Shown here: in pieces, positions 26,039-34,465 of the stretch
How positions within the stretch are numbered: position 1 is the first letter of the stretch
Layout: the number at the start of each line of letters is the position of its first letter
NCBI GenBank assembly: GCA_029776125.1
Contig: JARVJS010000014.1
Coordinates: 1 to 56,945 of the forward strand
Direction: 5' to 3'
Source: Nitrososphaeria archaeon
Lineage (GTDB): Archaea; Thermoproteota; Nitrososphaeria; JACIWG01
DNA: 56,945 bases
Made by a program: the position numbers and the translations under genes
Notes under the pieces: generated by a model
The model's input: the letters and a program-made list of their open reading frames with translations, nothing else
Database searches by the model: none
Told to the model about the DNA's origin: nothing

Positions 26039-26795
26039 TCATAGCCTGTCTTCTCGCCCTTTAGGCCGCATACTCGGCGACCTCAAAACTTTTATCCCAT
26101 ACAATTTTTCAAAAACTTCTGTCAAGACCTCCTTTTTACGTTTGACAAGCTCCCTTCTCGCCTCCGGATCCGGGATGCGCCTCAAAATTTTGTCGAACGC
26201 GTGGGAGGGCGCAAACTCTATGACAAGCCTAAACCTCACCGCCTCCACATCATCTCCGCAAACTTCTGGAACCGCAGCCTTCACAACATCCCCCCGTATA
26301 CGATAGAAAAGTTCTTTGGAAAACTTTGCCTCCTGCAGACCATACACTTTCAAGCTCTCGAGATAAAGTTCGCCTAAAAAGGCATAAAACAAGCGTTCGC
26401 CTTCCCCGCATCCGGCGACAAGCTCTCGAACAAAAGGACTTCTCACCAGACTTGACACAATATCCTCTGACGCAACCTTGTCAAAAGAAGATGGTGACGG
26501 AATCACCCCCCTCCCCACCTCATCCAGTCTCCCAATCTCCTGCGGCAGCATAGCAGCCTCCATAAGCCGCATGTTCTCCGGCACACTGACACCTCCTAGG
26601 ACGTCAAAGCCTTTTTCAGTCAAAACATATTTTCCCCCAGCATCCTTCTCAACCAAACCCATGCCCCGCAACTCTCTCAGATGCTCGCAAACCGTTTTCT
26701 CAGACACCCTCAAAAAACGCCTTAACTCACTCCAACTCCGCCCCCCCCTCCAAAAGAAAACCTAGCAAACGCCTTTTCTGCCCACTTAAAATCAT
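26039..26795 (-). CDS. Winged-helix (ArsR/MarR-like) transcription regulator, reading frame interrupted at a C8 homopolymer (26741-26748)
   Basis: The ATG at 26795 gives MILSGQKRRLLGFLLEGG, then the frame is lost in the G8 run (minus strand). Removing one G joins it to RSWSELRRFLRVSEKTVCEHLRELRGMGLVEKDAGGKYVLTEKG, a complete wHTH. The ORF track only reports 26039..26713. Confidence 0.6.
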
Positions 26796-27176
26796 ACTCT
26801 ATCAGCCCACCCAAACATACAATCTCACATAAGCCTTCTCCAGCCTTAAAAGGAGAAAAGGGGGACAGCATACTCACCTCAGCCAGCAGCCCAAACGGAG
26901 GCCGCGGCAGCCTGCACCCCCACATGCTCTTCGCCTGCCCCCAACATTTTTTGAAAAAAAACATGATCTTCTGTCTCCCTTTTAAGCGCCTGGACGGGAC
27001 CGTGTTGGAATGGAATGTTGTATGCGCATGTTTGCCCAAGATGCGGTTTCGAAAACGTTGGACGCAGGCCTCTGATGGTCCTCGTGTGCAGGAAACGCGG
27101 TGTGCCAGAAGACTTTTGAACACTTTCTCTTCCTCTTTTATATTATGTTCTGTACCAAATGTAGGCTGCACAGTCT

Positions 27177-28187
27177 ATGCCTTCTGGATCCTTGAAGATG
27201 CTGGAAGACTATCTGGAGGATATAGTGTTAAACAGTCTACCGTACACTGTCGCGAAACTGAAGGAGAACCCGACTGTCAGCGAACCGGAAGCAAAAAATG
27301 TTGTCGGCAAAGTCTGCGAACTCAAGACACTGCTGGCCCTGTACACGATCCTATCGGAAATCATGCCAGAAGACGGCATACTCTACATAGAATACAACAG
27401 CCAATATAATAGGAGAAAATGGAGGCTCAAAGAGAAGCCCAACGACGAAGGCGCAGACATCCAGATCGCGTCAAAAAATGTTCTAGTAGAAGTTGAGGTC
27501 AAGCACCGCCTCAGCGGCTACACGACAGAAAAAGAGTTCACCGAAAAAATTCTGCCAAAATATCATCCGCGCGCCAAAAAAATCCTTGTACTCTACACCG
27601 GCTACACGGAGCAAGAAAAAGAGAACCTCAGAAGACTCTGCAACAGACACGACGTCACCCTGATCGTGGACAAGCCAATCGAATACAGGAAACGCGAGGG
27701 CGCCTACGAATTCAACCCAGCAAGCTTAAGCATGCAGGCCGCCAACCTCGCAACCGTGGCAACAAAACTATCCTACCACCTAAAAAAACACCTAACCACC
27801 GCCACAGCAACAAAACAACCATCTTCTTCTTCCTATACAATACATAGTAATCTATACTATACAATGGACTATAGTAAAACGGATTACAGTAGAACATTCT
27901 ATAACAGCAGCGTTGACCATATAATGTTTGATTGGGTGATGTTTGATTGTATTATGTTTGATGATATGATGTTCTGTTCTGATGCAATGTTGTGTTCTGG
28001 TATAATGTCATGTTCTAGTGTCATGTCCTATGCTGGCATCATGTTGTCGACTGTTCCATGGGACACCCTGTCCCCAGACGGTATAATGTATTATGCTAGC
28101 ATAAAATGTTATGGGGCGAGAATGTTGGAGGAAACTGGTGCCTGCGGAGGCTGCAAAAAAACCGATTTTTTTGACATAATATTATAA
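27177..28187 (+). CDS. Hypothetical protein with PD-(D/E)xK nuclease-like core and an unusual Met/Cys-rich periodic C-terminal tail
   Basis: 336 aa. GADIQIASKNVLVEVEVKH fits D-x(n)-E-x-K. From about residue 245 the sequence becomes 5-6-residue periods starting with Met (MFDWV MFDCI MFDDM MFCSDA MLCSGI MSCSSV MSYAGI). It is unclear whether the tail is translated. Confidence 0.35.
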   Translation: MPSGSLKMLEDYLEDIVLNSLPYTVAKLKENPTVSEPEAKNVVGKVCELKTLLALYTILSEIMPEDGILYIEYNSQYNRRKWRLKEKPNDEGADIQIASKNVLVEVEVKHRLSGYTTEKEFTEKILPKYHPRAKKILVLYTGYTEQEKENLRRLCNRHDVTLIVDKPIEYRKREGAYEFNPASLSMQAANLATVATKLSYHLKKHLTTATATKQPSSSSYTIHSNLYYTMDYSKTDYSRTFYNSSVDHIMFDWVMFDCIMFDDMMFCSDAMLCSGIMSCSSVMSYAGIMLSTVPWDTLSPDGIMYYASIKCYGARMLEETGACGGCKKTDFFDIIL

Positions 28188-28428
28188 TACACTGTTCCAG
28201 CGGAGGGGAAAATGTATCGGGGGCGAAAAAAGAGAGTAGACTAGGCTGAAGAAGCTTGCGTGATGTTCACCCGACCACCCTTCCCCTGGCCTGCGGAAGA
28301 AGACGGGGAAGCCGGACTCTCCCACCACCTTCTTTCACACGCTGGAAAAAGGTGGAGAAAAAGGAGTGTGGAAGGAGAAGGGGAAAACAGTTAAATGGGG
28401 GCGGAAAAACATTCTGCCACAGAAGAAA

Positions 28429-29058
28429 ATGTCATCCCGTCCAGAAGACGGTAGAAAGGCGTCCGAAAAGATCCTGTCCACAGCATCAGCAAACGGACCT
28501 AAATCTTCTGCCAAAAGAGAAAACAGGATTGTTGGAAAAACCATTCTGGCAGCAGCAACCGTGTTCGGAATCCTCCTCCTAACAGGACTTCTGATGGAGG
28601 CAACGGCACCAGAAACTTTGACAGCATCGAAAACCGCTGCCGCCACCAGCACTGTAGCCGAAACAGTCTACGGGGCAGGAGAACCTGTCATCGCAGGAAA
28701 CCTAGCGTACACGGTCGAAAAAGTTTACACAGCAGACCGGATCGCGTTCGCGAAAGCAGACGGCGTATACGTGATAGTCTCCCTCACAATAGAAAACGTT
28801 GGCAAAGAAACCGTCACAGTAGACAGTGAAATGCTAAAAATAGAGGACGAACAGGGCCGAACATACAGTGCAAACGATGACGCAACAGTCTTCCTCGACC
28901 GCGGCTTAATCGTGAGACAGTTTCAGCCAAACATCCCCTCCAGAGCAGACATCGCATTCGACGTCCCCAAAAACATAGGCAGAATCAGCCTAAGAGTCTA
29001 CTCTGACAAAAACTCCAAAGAATACAAGCTCATAGACCTGGGCACAGCAGCAGACTAG
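28429..29058 (+). CDS. Membrane-anchored DUF4352-like (Ig-fold) protein
   Basis: I prefer the ATG at 28429 (MSSRPEDG); the ORF track starts at the GTG at 28366. TM helix ILAAATVFGILLLTGLL. The segment YTVEKVYTADRI...VYVIVSLTIENVGKETVTVDSEMLKIEDEQGRTYSA...ADIAFDVPKN matches the DUF4352 pattern. Confidence 0.6.
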   Translation: MSSRPEDGRKASEKILSTASANGPKSSAKRENRIVGKTILAAATVFGILLLTGLLMEATAPETLTASKTAAATSTVAETVYGAGEPVIAGNLAYTVEKVYTADRIAFAKADGVYVIVSLTIENVGKETVTVDSEMLKIEDEQGRTYSANDDATVFLDRGLIVRQFQPNIPSRADIAFDVPKNIGRISLRVYSDKNSKEYKLIDLGTAAD

Positions 29059-29070
29059 GCCAGCTTACAC

Positions 29071-29988
29071 TCAACACTCCCCCAAAGGATAGAACATGTA
29101 ATATTCTGGAGCAACATTAACCATGCCATAGCCTGGCGGAAAACATTTCCAAAGCTTACCCGGATCATCCTTGACTTCCACAACAACCTTAGGCCGCCAC
29201 CTTCCAATAGACTCCCTCATCCCCTCCAAAACCATAAGCTCAGCACCCTCCACGTCAACCTTAACAAAATCGATCCTCCCAACATCCTCCAGCAGAAAAT
29301 CAAGTGGAACAGCTGGAACAGCATAAAACCTTTCCCCAACATCGAAGACAACACTATTGTGTCCCATGCTCCTTCCAACCTTCAACCTAACCTCCCCAAA
29401 CCCATTCCATGCGGCAACATTGTATAAGACAACATTATCTAGCCCGTTAACGCGAACATTTTTAGCCAAAACAGAGAAGGTGCGCGGACAAGCTTCCACC
29501 GCAACAACCTTAGCATGCGGAAAACGTTTAGCAACCTGCACAGCATACTTTCCAACATGAGCTCCAACGTCAACAAACACGCCACCATCACCCAAGCAGA
29601 CAAGATCCCACATCCACCTCTCGAAATCGTCTGACACAATAAACAGGCTTTCGACGTCAACAGCGTGGAAAACACATTCTCCAACCCTAACCCTTGCACC
29701 AGAAACAATCCTGTCACCCAACCCCCTAACATGCTCCAGGAAACCAGCCTTCTCCACAAAAAGATTCGGCACACTAGCAAACAGTGCAGCAAAAAAGATT
29801 CTAACAGCATCCAGAACACCCTGTCCCCGGAAAACGAACCCGAACCTGCGGAAAAAATATTCCAGGAAACCCCTCAAACTGTGCCCACGAACCCCTCTAC
29901 CAGACATCATCATACAAGACGTCCACCGTTTAAAAGGAGAACATGGGAGACAGTGGACCAGAAGAGGGGAGCAGGCTTCCCAGAACAT
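29071..29988 (-). CDS. FkbM-family SAM-dependent methyltransferase
   Basis: VFVDVGAHVGKYAVQVAKRF (SAM-binding motif I), VVAVEACPRTFSVLAKN, and FVKVDVEGAELMVLEGM (the typical FkbM C-terminal block). The true start is probably internal (MMMSGRG). Confidence 0.75.
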   Translation of the reverse strand: MFWEACSPLLVHCLPCSPFKRWTSCMMMSGRGVRGHSLRGFLEYFFRRFGFVFRGQGVLDAVRIFFAALFASVPNLFVEKAGFLEHVRGLGDRIVSGARVRVGECVFHAVDVESLFIVSDDFERWMWDLVCLGDGGVFVDVGAHVGKYAVQVAKRFPHAKVVAVEACPRTFSVLAKNVRVNGLDNVVLYNVAAWNGFGEVRLKVGRSMGHNSVVFDVGERFYAVPAVPLDFLLEDVGRIDFVKVDVEGAELMVLEGMRESIGRWRPKVVVEVKDDPGKLWKCFPPGYGMVNVAPEYYMFYPLGEC

Positions 29989-30273
29989 TGTCCAGCCAGG
30001 AAGCCTAAACCCCTCTTACGTGGGCTCCACCGTCCAACACCCTCCACTTGGGAGGTTAGCTGGACGGCTTCAACGCCCACGTTTCGGCCCCACCGGGCCA
30101 ACCCCGCACCAGCCTCCCACCCCATGCAGGAAGCATGGGAGAAGAGGAGACTGGAAACGGAGCTCCCATTTCGGGATCGTCAGAGAGGGAATTCCAACTT
30201 AACCCATCCTCTCAACACACTAGTCCACCCAAACCTTCCCCCAAAAAATGGTGGAAAAAGAGGGGAGAGAAAA

Positions 30274-30783
30274 CTAGTCCCACCAGAACCTGTACACAAA
30301 ATACATTCCACTGTCTTCGAAGACACCGAACTCGTCCGCGGAAGCCTTCAACGCAAGCCCATCAAACAGTTCAGCCAACACCAGAAAATCTATTCTTTCA
30401 CCGGAACCAAACTTTGGGACCACAACATATATGACCCTCGACCCCTCGTTTCCCACAACAAACTTGTGCAGCCGACAGCCTCCTCCCATCCGCTGGACAG
30501 CACGGTTTACTTCGGAAACAAGCTCAGTAAGCCCCTCGACAGTGAAACCATTATAGCAGCCAGCACGTTCAACAAACGCGAGCGCCTCCTCCGGAGAAAG
30601 CTCGACAAGAAAGTTGGATGAAACCCTGTCAAGCTGCAGCGCAAGATCAACCCTTCTAGAGAAACCGCTTCCATCTTGGCTGAAGCACATTCTTCCTCCA
30701 AAAAGATGCCGTCTACCGTCCAAGGTCAGCTGCCAGAACATGCGGTCTAACAGTATCAAGCATGCGCTCGAAAACACCATCAT
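30274..30783 (-). CDS. Hypothetical protein (operon member)
   Basis: 169-aa frame on the operon strand. Its 5-prime end overlaps the upstream gene by 70 nt, so the start is probably internal. No motif recognised. Confidence 0.3.
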   Translation of the reverse strand: MMVFSSACLILLDRMFWQLTLDGRRHLFGGRMCFSQDGSGFSRRVDLALQLDRVSSNFLVELSPEEALAFVERAGCYNGFTVEGLTELVSEVNRAVQRMGGGCRLHKFVVGNEGSRVIYVVVPKFGSGERIDFLVLAELFDGLALKASADEFGVFEDSGMYFVYRFWWD

Positions 30784-31423
30784 TCCATCTCCTTACACCA
30801 TCGTATGCCCTGGAAACGGTTTCAAGAAACTCTGCCAGCACATCGGCTGCAGAGGATACAACATTAAACAGTCGACTAAGGTCAACCGCGCTGGAGACAA
30901 CAAGAGAATAGAGAGTTCCATCGGATACAAGATGCAGCAGCCTAACATTATCTGACGAGAAAACAATCTCCGAAACCCGAACACGCTCGAGCACGCCAAA
31001 AGACTGTGAAACAAGAAACTTGGCCCTAGAACATTTAATGCTAGAACAGTCTCCAGAAAACCTCCTGCGCAAGACAACAGGCTTATAGAGTCTAACACGC
31101 CTGCTGAGGCGACAGAGTACAACGAAAGCGTCCCTAACCTGGCTCCTAACACATTCAGCCAAAACCTCACCCTTTCCCCTGACAAGGTTCAGGAAACCGA
31201 ACAGGTCAACCTTGCCGTCGACAGTACTAAAATCCTTTTCAACAAAAACAATCTTCAGCCCACCATCTTCCTCGAACATGACAGCCCGTCTAGAGAGAGA
31301 AAAAGGCTTAAGGTACGAGAAACATTCTACAACCTTCGCTGCCACATTCCTGTTCAAAGCATGCACGTCACACGACTGGAGCATGCCAAAAAGTCTCCTA
31401 GCATCAGAGTCCATCAGGAGCAC
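30713..31423 (-). CDS. Hypothetical protein, paralogue A of 31675..32397
   Basis: 236 aa. Shares VECFSYLKPF / VECFSHLKPF and GEVLAECVRSQVRDAFVVLCRLSRRVRL / GAVLSRYVRPLVRRAFYDLCMLAGRIRL with the 240-aa protein. Conservation between the two copies supports that it is coding. Confidence 0.45.
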   Translation of the reverse strand: MLLMDSDARRLFGMLQSCDVHALNRNVAAKVVECFSYLKPFSLSRRAVMFEEDGGLKIVFVEKDFSTVDGKVDLFGFLNLVRGKGEVLAECVRSQVRDAFVVLCRLSRRVRLYKPVVLRRRFSGDCSSIKCSRAKFLVSQSFGVLERVRVSEIVFSSDNVRLLHLVSDGTLYSLVVSSAVDLSRLFNVVSSAADVLAEFLETVSRAYDGVRRWNDGVFERMLDTVRPHVLAADLGR

Positions 31424-31638
31424 CCTTCCAAGAGAACCTTCCTCGCATCACTTTCACATCGTGCCACAATGCTGCCGCAGACCGGACAACGGTACTCTTG
31501 GTCGTCGACGTCAACAGACTCAATACCATAGTATTCGCCCACACCATCTCTTACAGTGAAGCCGCCGCGCACAAACTCTGTCGCAGAATACTCGAGCTCC
31601 ACAATAAGGCTGCCGCAGAAAGGACACTTTCCCACCAC
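31414..31638 (-). CDS. Small zinc-ribbon protein
   Basis: 74 aa with CPFCGS ... CPVCGS. The gene sits between the two paralogues and overlaps the downstream start by 10 nt. Confidence 0.5.
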   Translation of the reverse strand: MVGKCPFCGSLIVELEYSATEFVRGGFTVRDGVGEYYGIESVDVDDQEYRCPVCGSIVARCESDARKVLLEGCS

Positions 31639-31674
31639 CTAACACCCCCAAAAAAGGGAAACAGGGGAAACATT

Positions 31675-32397
31675 CTAAAAGAGTTCCCTGGAAACACGGT
31701 ACGGTTCAACAGTCAACTCCATCTGCTCCAGAACCCGACCATTCTCCTCAAACACTGGAGAAAGCTGCCTCCTCAGCTGCTCAGCAAGTTCAGCGATGAC
31801 GTCAAACAAAAGAGGAAACCGTGCCACCACATCACGCAAATCATAGCATAATCCAATATTGAAAACGTACACCACATCATTCGACAGCACGTAAAAGGTT
31901 CCAGGATCAGACGCATTCAACATGACAGAGTCAACGGAATCCAACCTTATCACAGGAAGCTGCTTACTTGACACAGAAACATACTTGAGCCCACGGTCAG
32001 GAAAGCCCCTGGACAAAACCTTTTCAGCAGAAGCCTCCTCAACAAGCCTTATCCTCCCAGCAAGCATGCAAAGATCATAGAACGCTCTCCTAACAAGCGG
32101 CCTAACGTACCTGGAGAGGACAGCACCATGTTTCCTGACAACGTCAAAAAACTCTTTCCCCAAAACCTCTCCCACAATAAACCTTGTACCATAAACATAG
32201 ATCCTCCGGTCAACCCATGTTCTAACAAAATAGTGTAGGACAACACCATCTTCTTTGACTGGAACAATGAACGGCTTAAGATGCGAGAAACATTCCACAA
32301 TCTTGTCCAAAACCTTCTTCCTGTAAACGCTCAAGTCAACTTCCAAGAGCATACGTTTCACGCGTCTAACATCGTCTTCCAACATAATTTCCCCCAA
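31675..32397 (-). CDS. Hypothetical protein, paralogue B of 30713..31423
   Basis: 240 aa. See the shared blocks listed for paralogue A. Confidence 0.45.
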   Translation of the reverse strand: MGEIMLEDDVRRVKRMLLEVDLSVYRKKVLDKIVECFSHLKPFIVPVKEDGVVLHYFVRTWVDRRIYVYGTRFIVGEVLGKEFFDVVRKHGAVLSRYVRPLVRRAFYDLCMLAGRIRLVEEASAEKVLSRGFPDRGLKYVSVSSKQLPVIRLDSVDSVMLNASDPGTFYVLSNDVVYVFNIGLCYDLRDVVARFPLLFDVIAELAEQLRRQLSPVFEENGRVLEQMELTVEPYRVSRELF

Positions 32398-32408
32398 AAA
32401 AGGGTGGT

Positions 32409-32678
32409 CTAGTCGAAGTTGAACAGCAGAAAGTATGCTGGAGCAACAACAAGCAGCCCTATCGCACCAAACACTGCAGCATAAACTTTGACGGGATCAA
32501 ACACTGGAGGCATAAAGCATCCAAGCAGTCCGTCGACAACAAACCATCTTGGAAAATACTTGTCTGGAGCAAGGAAAACATCGAATGAAAAGAGTATACT
32601 GTAGGCGGACAAGACGGCGATGGCAGCGGTTACAAGGAGAACGTTAGCCTTAACCTTCAATGCAACCATCCCCTCCAA
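32409..32678 (-). CDS. Small membrane protein (2-3 TM helices)
   Basis: 89 aa, strongly hydrophobic (LLVTAAIAVLSAYSILFSF, AAVFGAIGLLVVAPAYFLLF). Lies directly downstream of the ParB-like gene. Confidence 0.4.
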   Translation of the reverse strand: MEGMVALKVKANVLLVTAAIAVLSAYSILFSFDVFLAPDKYFPRWFVVDGLLGCFMPPVFDPVKVYAAVFGAIGLLVVAPAYFLLFNFD

Positions 32679-32717
32679 AAAACGGTAAGCCGGTGGAAAG
32701 AAAAGGAAATCCAGGGT

Positions 32718-34199
32718 TCAGACAACATTGTCCTTGACTAGAAAAGTTTTCCCGCAGAAGGGGCATCTTACAACAAGATCCTCCTTAAACTTAAGCAGCC
32801 TCTCGAGCTCCGCAACCCTTGCCCTTAGAACATCAATTTCTTTTCTAGCGTAAGCCAAGTCCGTTTCCACGGAAACAGTGTCACGTGCAGCCTCCCTAGC
32901 CTTCCTTATCTCCCACAGCGCATCATCCAAGCTCATGACGTTAACAAGCTCAACAATCCTACGCTTCTCCTCCTCACTAAAGTCTCCCTTAACAAATTCT
33001 TCGGCGAGACGGAACGCTATACCTCTTCTGGAGGGAATGAGGCCGTTGAAGATGAAACCGTGTTTGGCGTTAAGTTCATCAAACTTCCTGCTCATGAACT
33101 CTTCTGCAGCCTTAAGCGCCTGCTTCGGATCAATGCCGCGGTACACTTGATCAACAACCATCTTGGTCTCGCTGCTGGTAAGCCCCTTTTCCCTGACAGC
33201 GTATGCGATCTCCTTAACAGCATCAGGCTTATCCTTTATCTTAAGAAGCTCCTCCGCATGCGATGGGGTGAGGAAGCCCCTGGGCTTGGAGACAGAAGCC
33301 CCCTTATCCAGCCCACCTTCTCTGACACCGTCTACGGCAACAAAATTGTGCCCTGGGGCACAATTTCCCGCTCCAGTCTCCTGCAACGGTACAGAATTTA
33401 GGTTAACCAAATTGTGCGGTAACGCACAATTTTCCGCCCTAGTCTGTCCAAAGTAGTCTCCAACAGAATTTTGCGCTGGCGCAAAATTTCCTGCTCCAGC
33501 ATCATGCGATGGCACAGGATTTAGGTTAACCAAATTTTGCCGTACGGCAAAATTTTCTGCCCTAACCTGCTCCAAACCATCTCCGTCAGCCTTCCTCCTG
33601 TCAATCTCCCTCTGAAGCCTCCTCTCGAAGTCTTCTTCAAGCATTTTCTGCACCTCCTCCGGAAGGTCAAGAAACTGTATCCTGCGGACAACGTAGCTGC
33701 AGTCTTTCCCAATCTTGTTGGCGAGGTCGGTGACCGAACCCCAGCCGAACTCTTCAACATACCTTTTGAAGGCTCTAGCCTCTTCCATTGGACTAAGCTG
33801 CTTACGCTGAACATTTTCAACCAACGCTATCTCGAAAGCGTCCCTGTCATCCAGTCCATCGTGTACAATACACAGCGCCTCTTCCACGCCAAGCGTCTTC
33901 AACGCATTATATCTTCTCCATCCGCAGACAAGCTCGTACCCGCTTCCAGCCTTCCTGACAGTAAGCGGGTTAAGAAGCCCCTTCCTTCGAATACTTTCAG
34001 CAAGCTCGTCTATCCTGCCAAGAGATGACCTCAAAAGAAACCTTGGAGCACTGATTTCCGAAAGCCTAAGATATCTGATCTGAGATGAAACAGCCTTCTG
34101 CATACAGCATCCTCCAAAAAAGGTGGAAAAGACTCCGTCACCATTCCCGCATACTGTTGGGAAAGTAGAAGGCGACAGCCAGAACAAGGCATACTCCAA
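32718..34199 (-). CDS. ParB/Srx-domain protein with HTH, an internal 41-aa tandem repeat, coiled coil and C-terminal zinc-ribbon-like end
   Basis: ParB N-terminal blocks are LRLSEISAPRF, GLLNPLTVRKAGSGYELVCGWRRYNALKTLG and ALVENVQRKQLSPMEEA. HTH: LANKIGKDCSYVVRRIQFLDLPEEVQ. The C-terminal end has RCPFCGKTF. The likely start is the ATG at 34103 (MQKAVSS). Confidence 0.7.
   Translation of the reverse strand: MEYALFWLSPSTFPTVCGNGDGVFSTFFGGCCMQKAVSSQIRYLRLSEISAPRFLLRSSLGRIDELAESIRRKGLLNPLTVRKAGSGYELVCGWRRYNALKTLGVEEALCIVHDGLDDRDAFEIALVENVQRKQLSPMEEARAFKRYVEEFGWGSVTDLANKIGKDCSYVVRRIQFLDLPEEVQKMLEEDFERRLQREIDRRKADGDGLEQVRAENFAVRQNLVNLNPVPSHDAGAGNFAPAQNSVGDYFGQTRAENCALPHNLVNLNSVPLQETGAGNCAPGHNFVAVDGVREGGLDKGASVSKPRGFLTPSHAEELLKIKDKPDAVKEIAYAVREKGLTSSETKMVVDQVYRGIDPKQALKAAEEFMSRKFDELNAKHGFIFNGLIPSRRGIAFRLAEEFVKGDFSEEEKRRIVELVNVMSLDDALWEIRKAREAARDTVSVETDLAYARKEIDVLRARVAELERLLKFKEDLVVRCPFCGKTFLVKDNVV
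33343..33555. repeat. Four 22-24-bp palindromes in a ~123-bp tandem duplication inside the ParB-like ORF (candidate parS-like centromere)
   Basis: P1 33343-33366 AAATTGTGCCC-TG-GGGCACAATTT. P2 33409-33432 AAATTGTGCG-GTAA-CGCACAATTT. P3 33467-33488 AATTTTGCGC-TG-GCGCAAAATT. P4 33532-33555 AAATTTTGCCGTACGGCAAAATTT. A TTAGGTTAACCAAAT spacer precedes P2 and P4. Confidence 0.9.
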
Positions 34200-34465
34200 A
34201 AATCATTCCTAAAACAAACAAGTCCATCCGCTTGTCCCCCAAAAAACTTGTCCAAAAAAAGTTTCAAGCAAAAAAAGTGTGGAGAAAAATGGACAGGATC
34301 TAGATTTCGACAACCTCTCCATTTAACTTTGGCTTAGGGTTGACCTTCCCGCGATTCTCTCTATTGCAGCATCCTTTCTAATATCATTCTTTCACACTAG
34401 GGAGGAGAAGATAGCGCATTCTAGAAAATAAAATTTATATAATTGGAAATCCAGAAAATGTCTTG

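Noticed and set aside
27015-27119. 34-codon ORF with CPRC and a third Cys (MLYAHVCPRCGFEN...)
   Set aside because: It has only three cysteines and no second CxxC, it is very short, and there is no obvious ribosome-binding context. The evidence is insufficient to call a gene.
26722-27171. 149-aa minus-strand ORF (and the overlapping 161-aa plus-strand ORF 26924..27409)
   Set aside because: The 3-prime end of the 149-aa frame is just an alternative frame over the true wHTH N-terminus and the C8 tract. The remainder has no motif and sits in the divergent promoter region between the wHTH and nuclease-like genes.
29665-30621. 318-aa plus-strand ORF, the longest unassigned frame in the element
   Set aside because: It is antisense to the FkbM methyltransferase, whose motifs are unambiguous. 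The translation is Pro/Thr/Arg/Asn-rich low-complexity sequence with no motif. Long shadow frames are expected at about 50% GC.
17888-33555. Possible CRISPR array among the repeat clusters (17.9-18.1 kb, 21.0-21.2 kb, 33.3-33.6 kb)
   Set aside because: The repeats are long palindromes or 9-bp iterons with irregular spacing and only 2-4 copies. There is no regular repeat-spacer periodicity and there are no cas genes.
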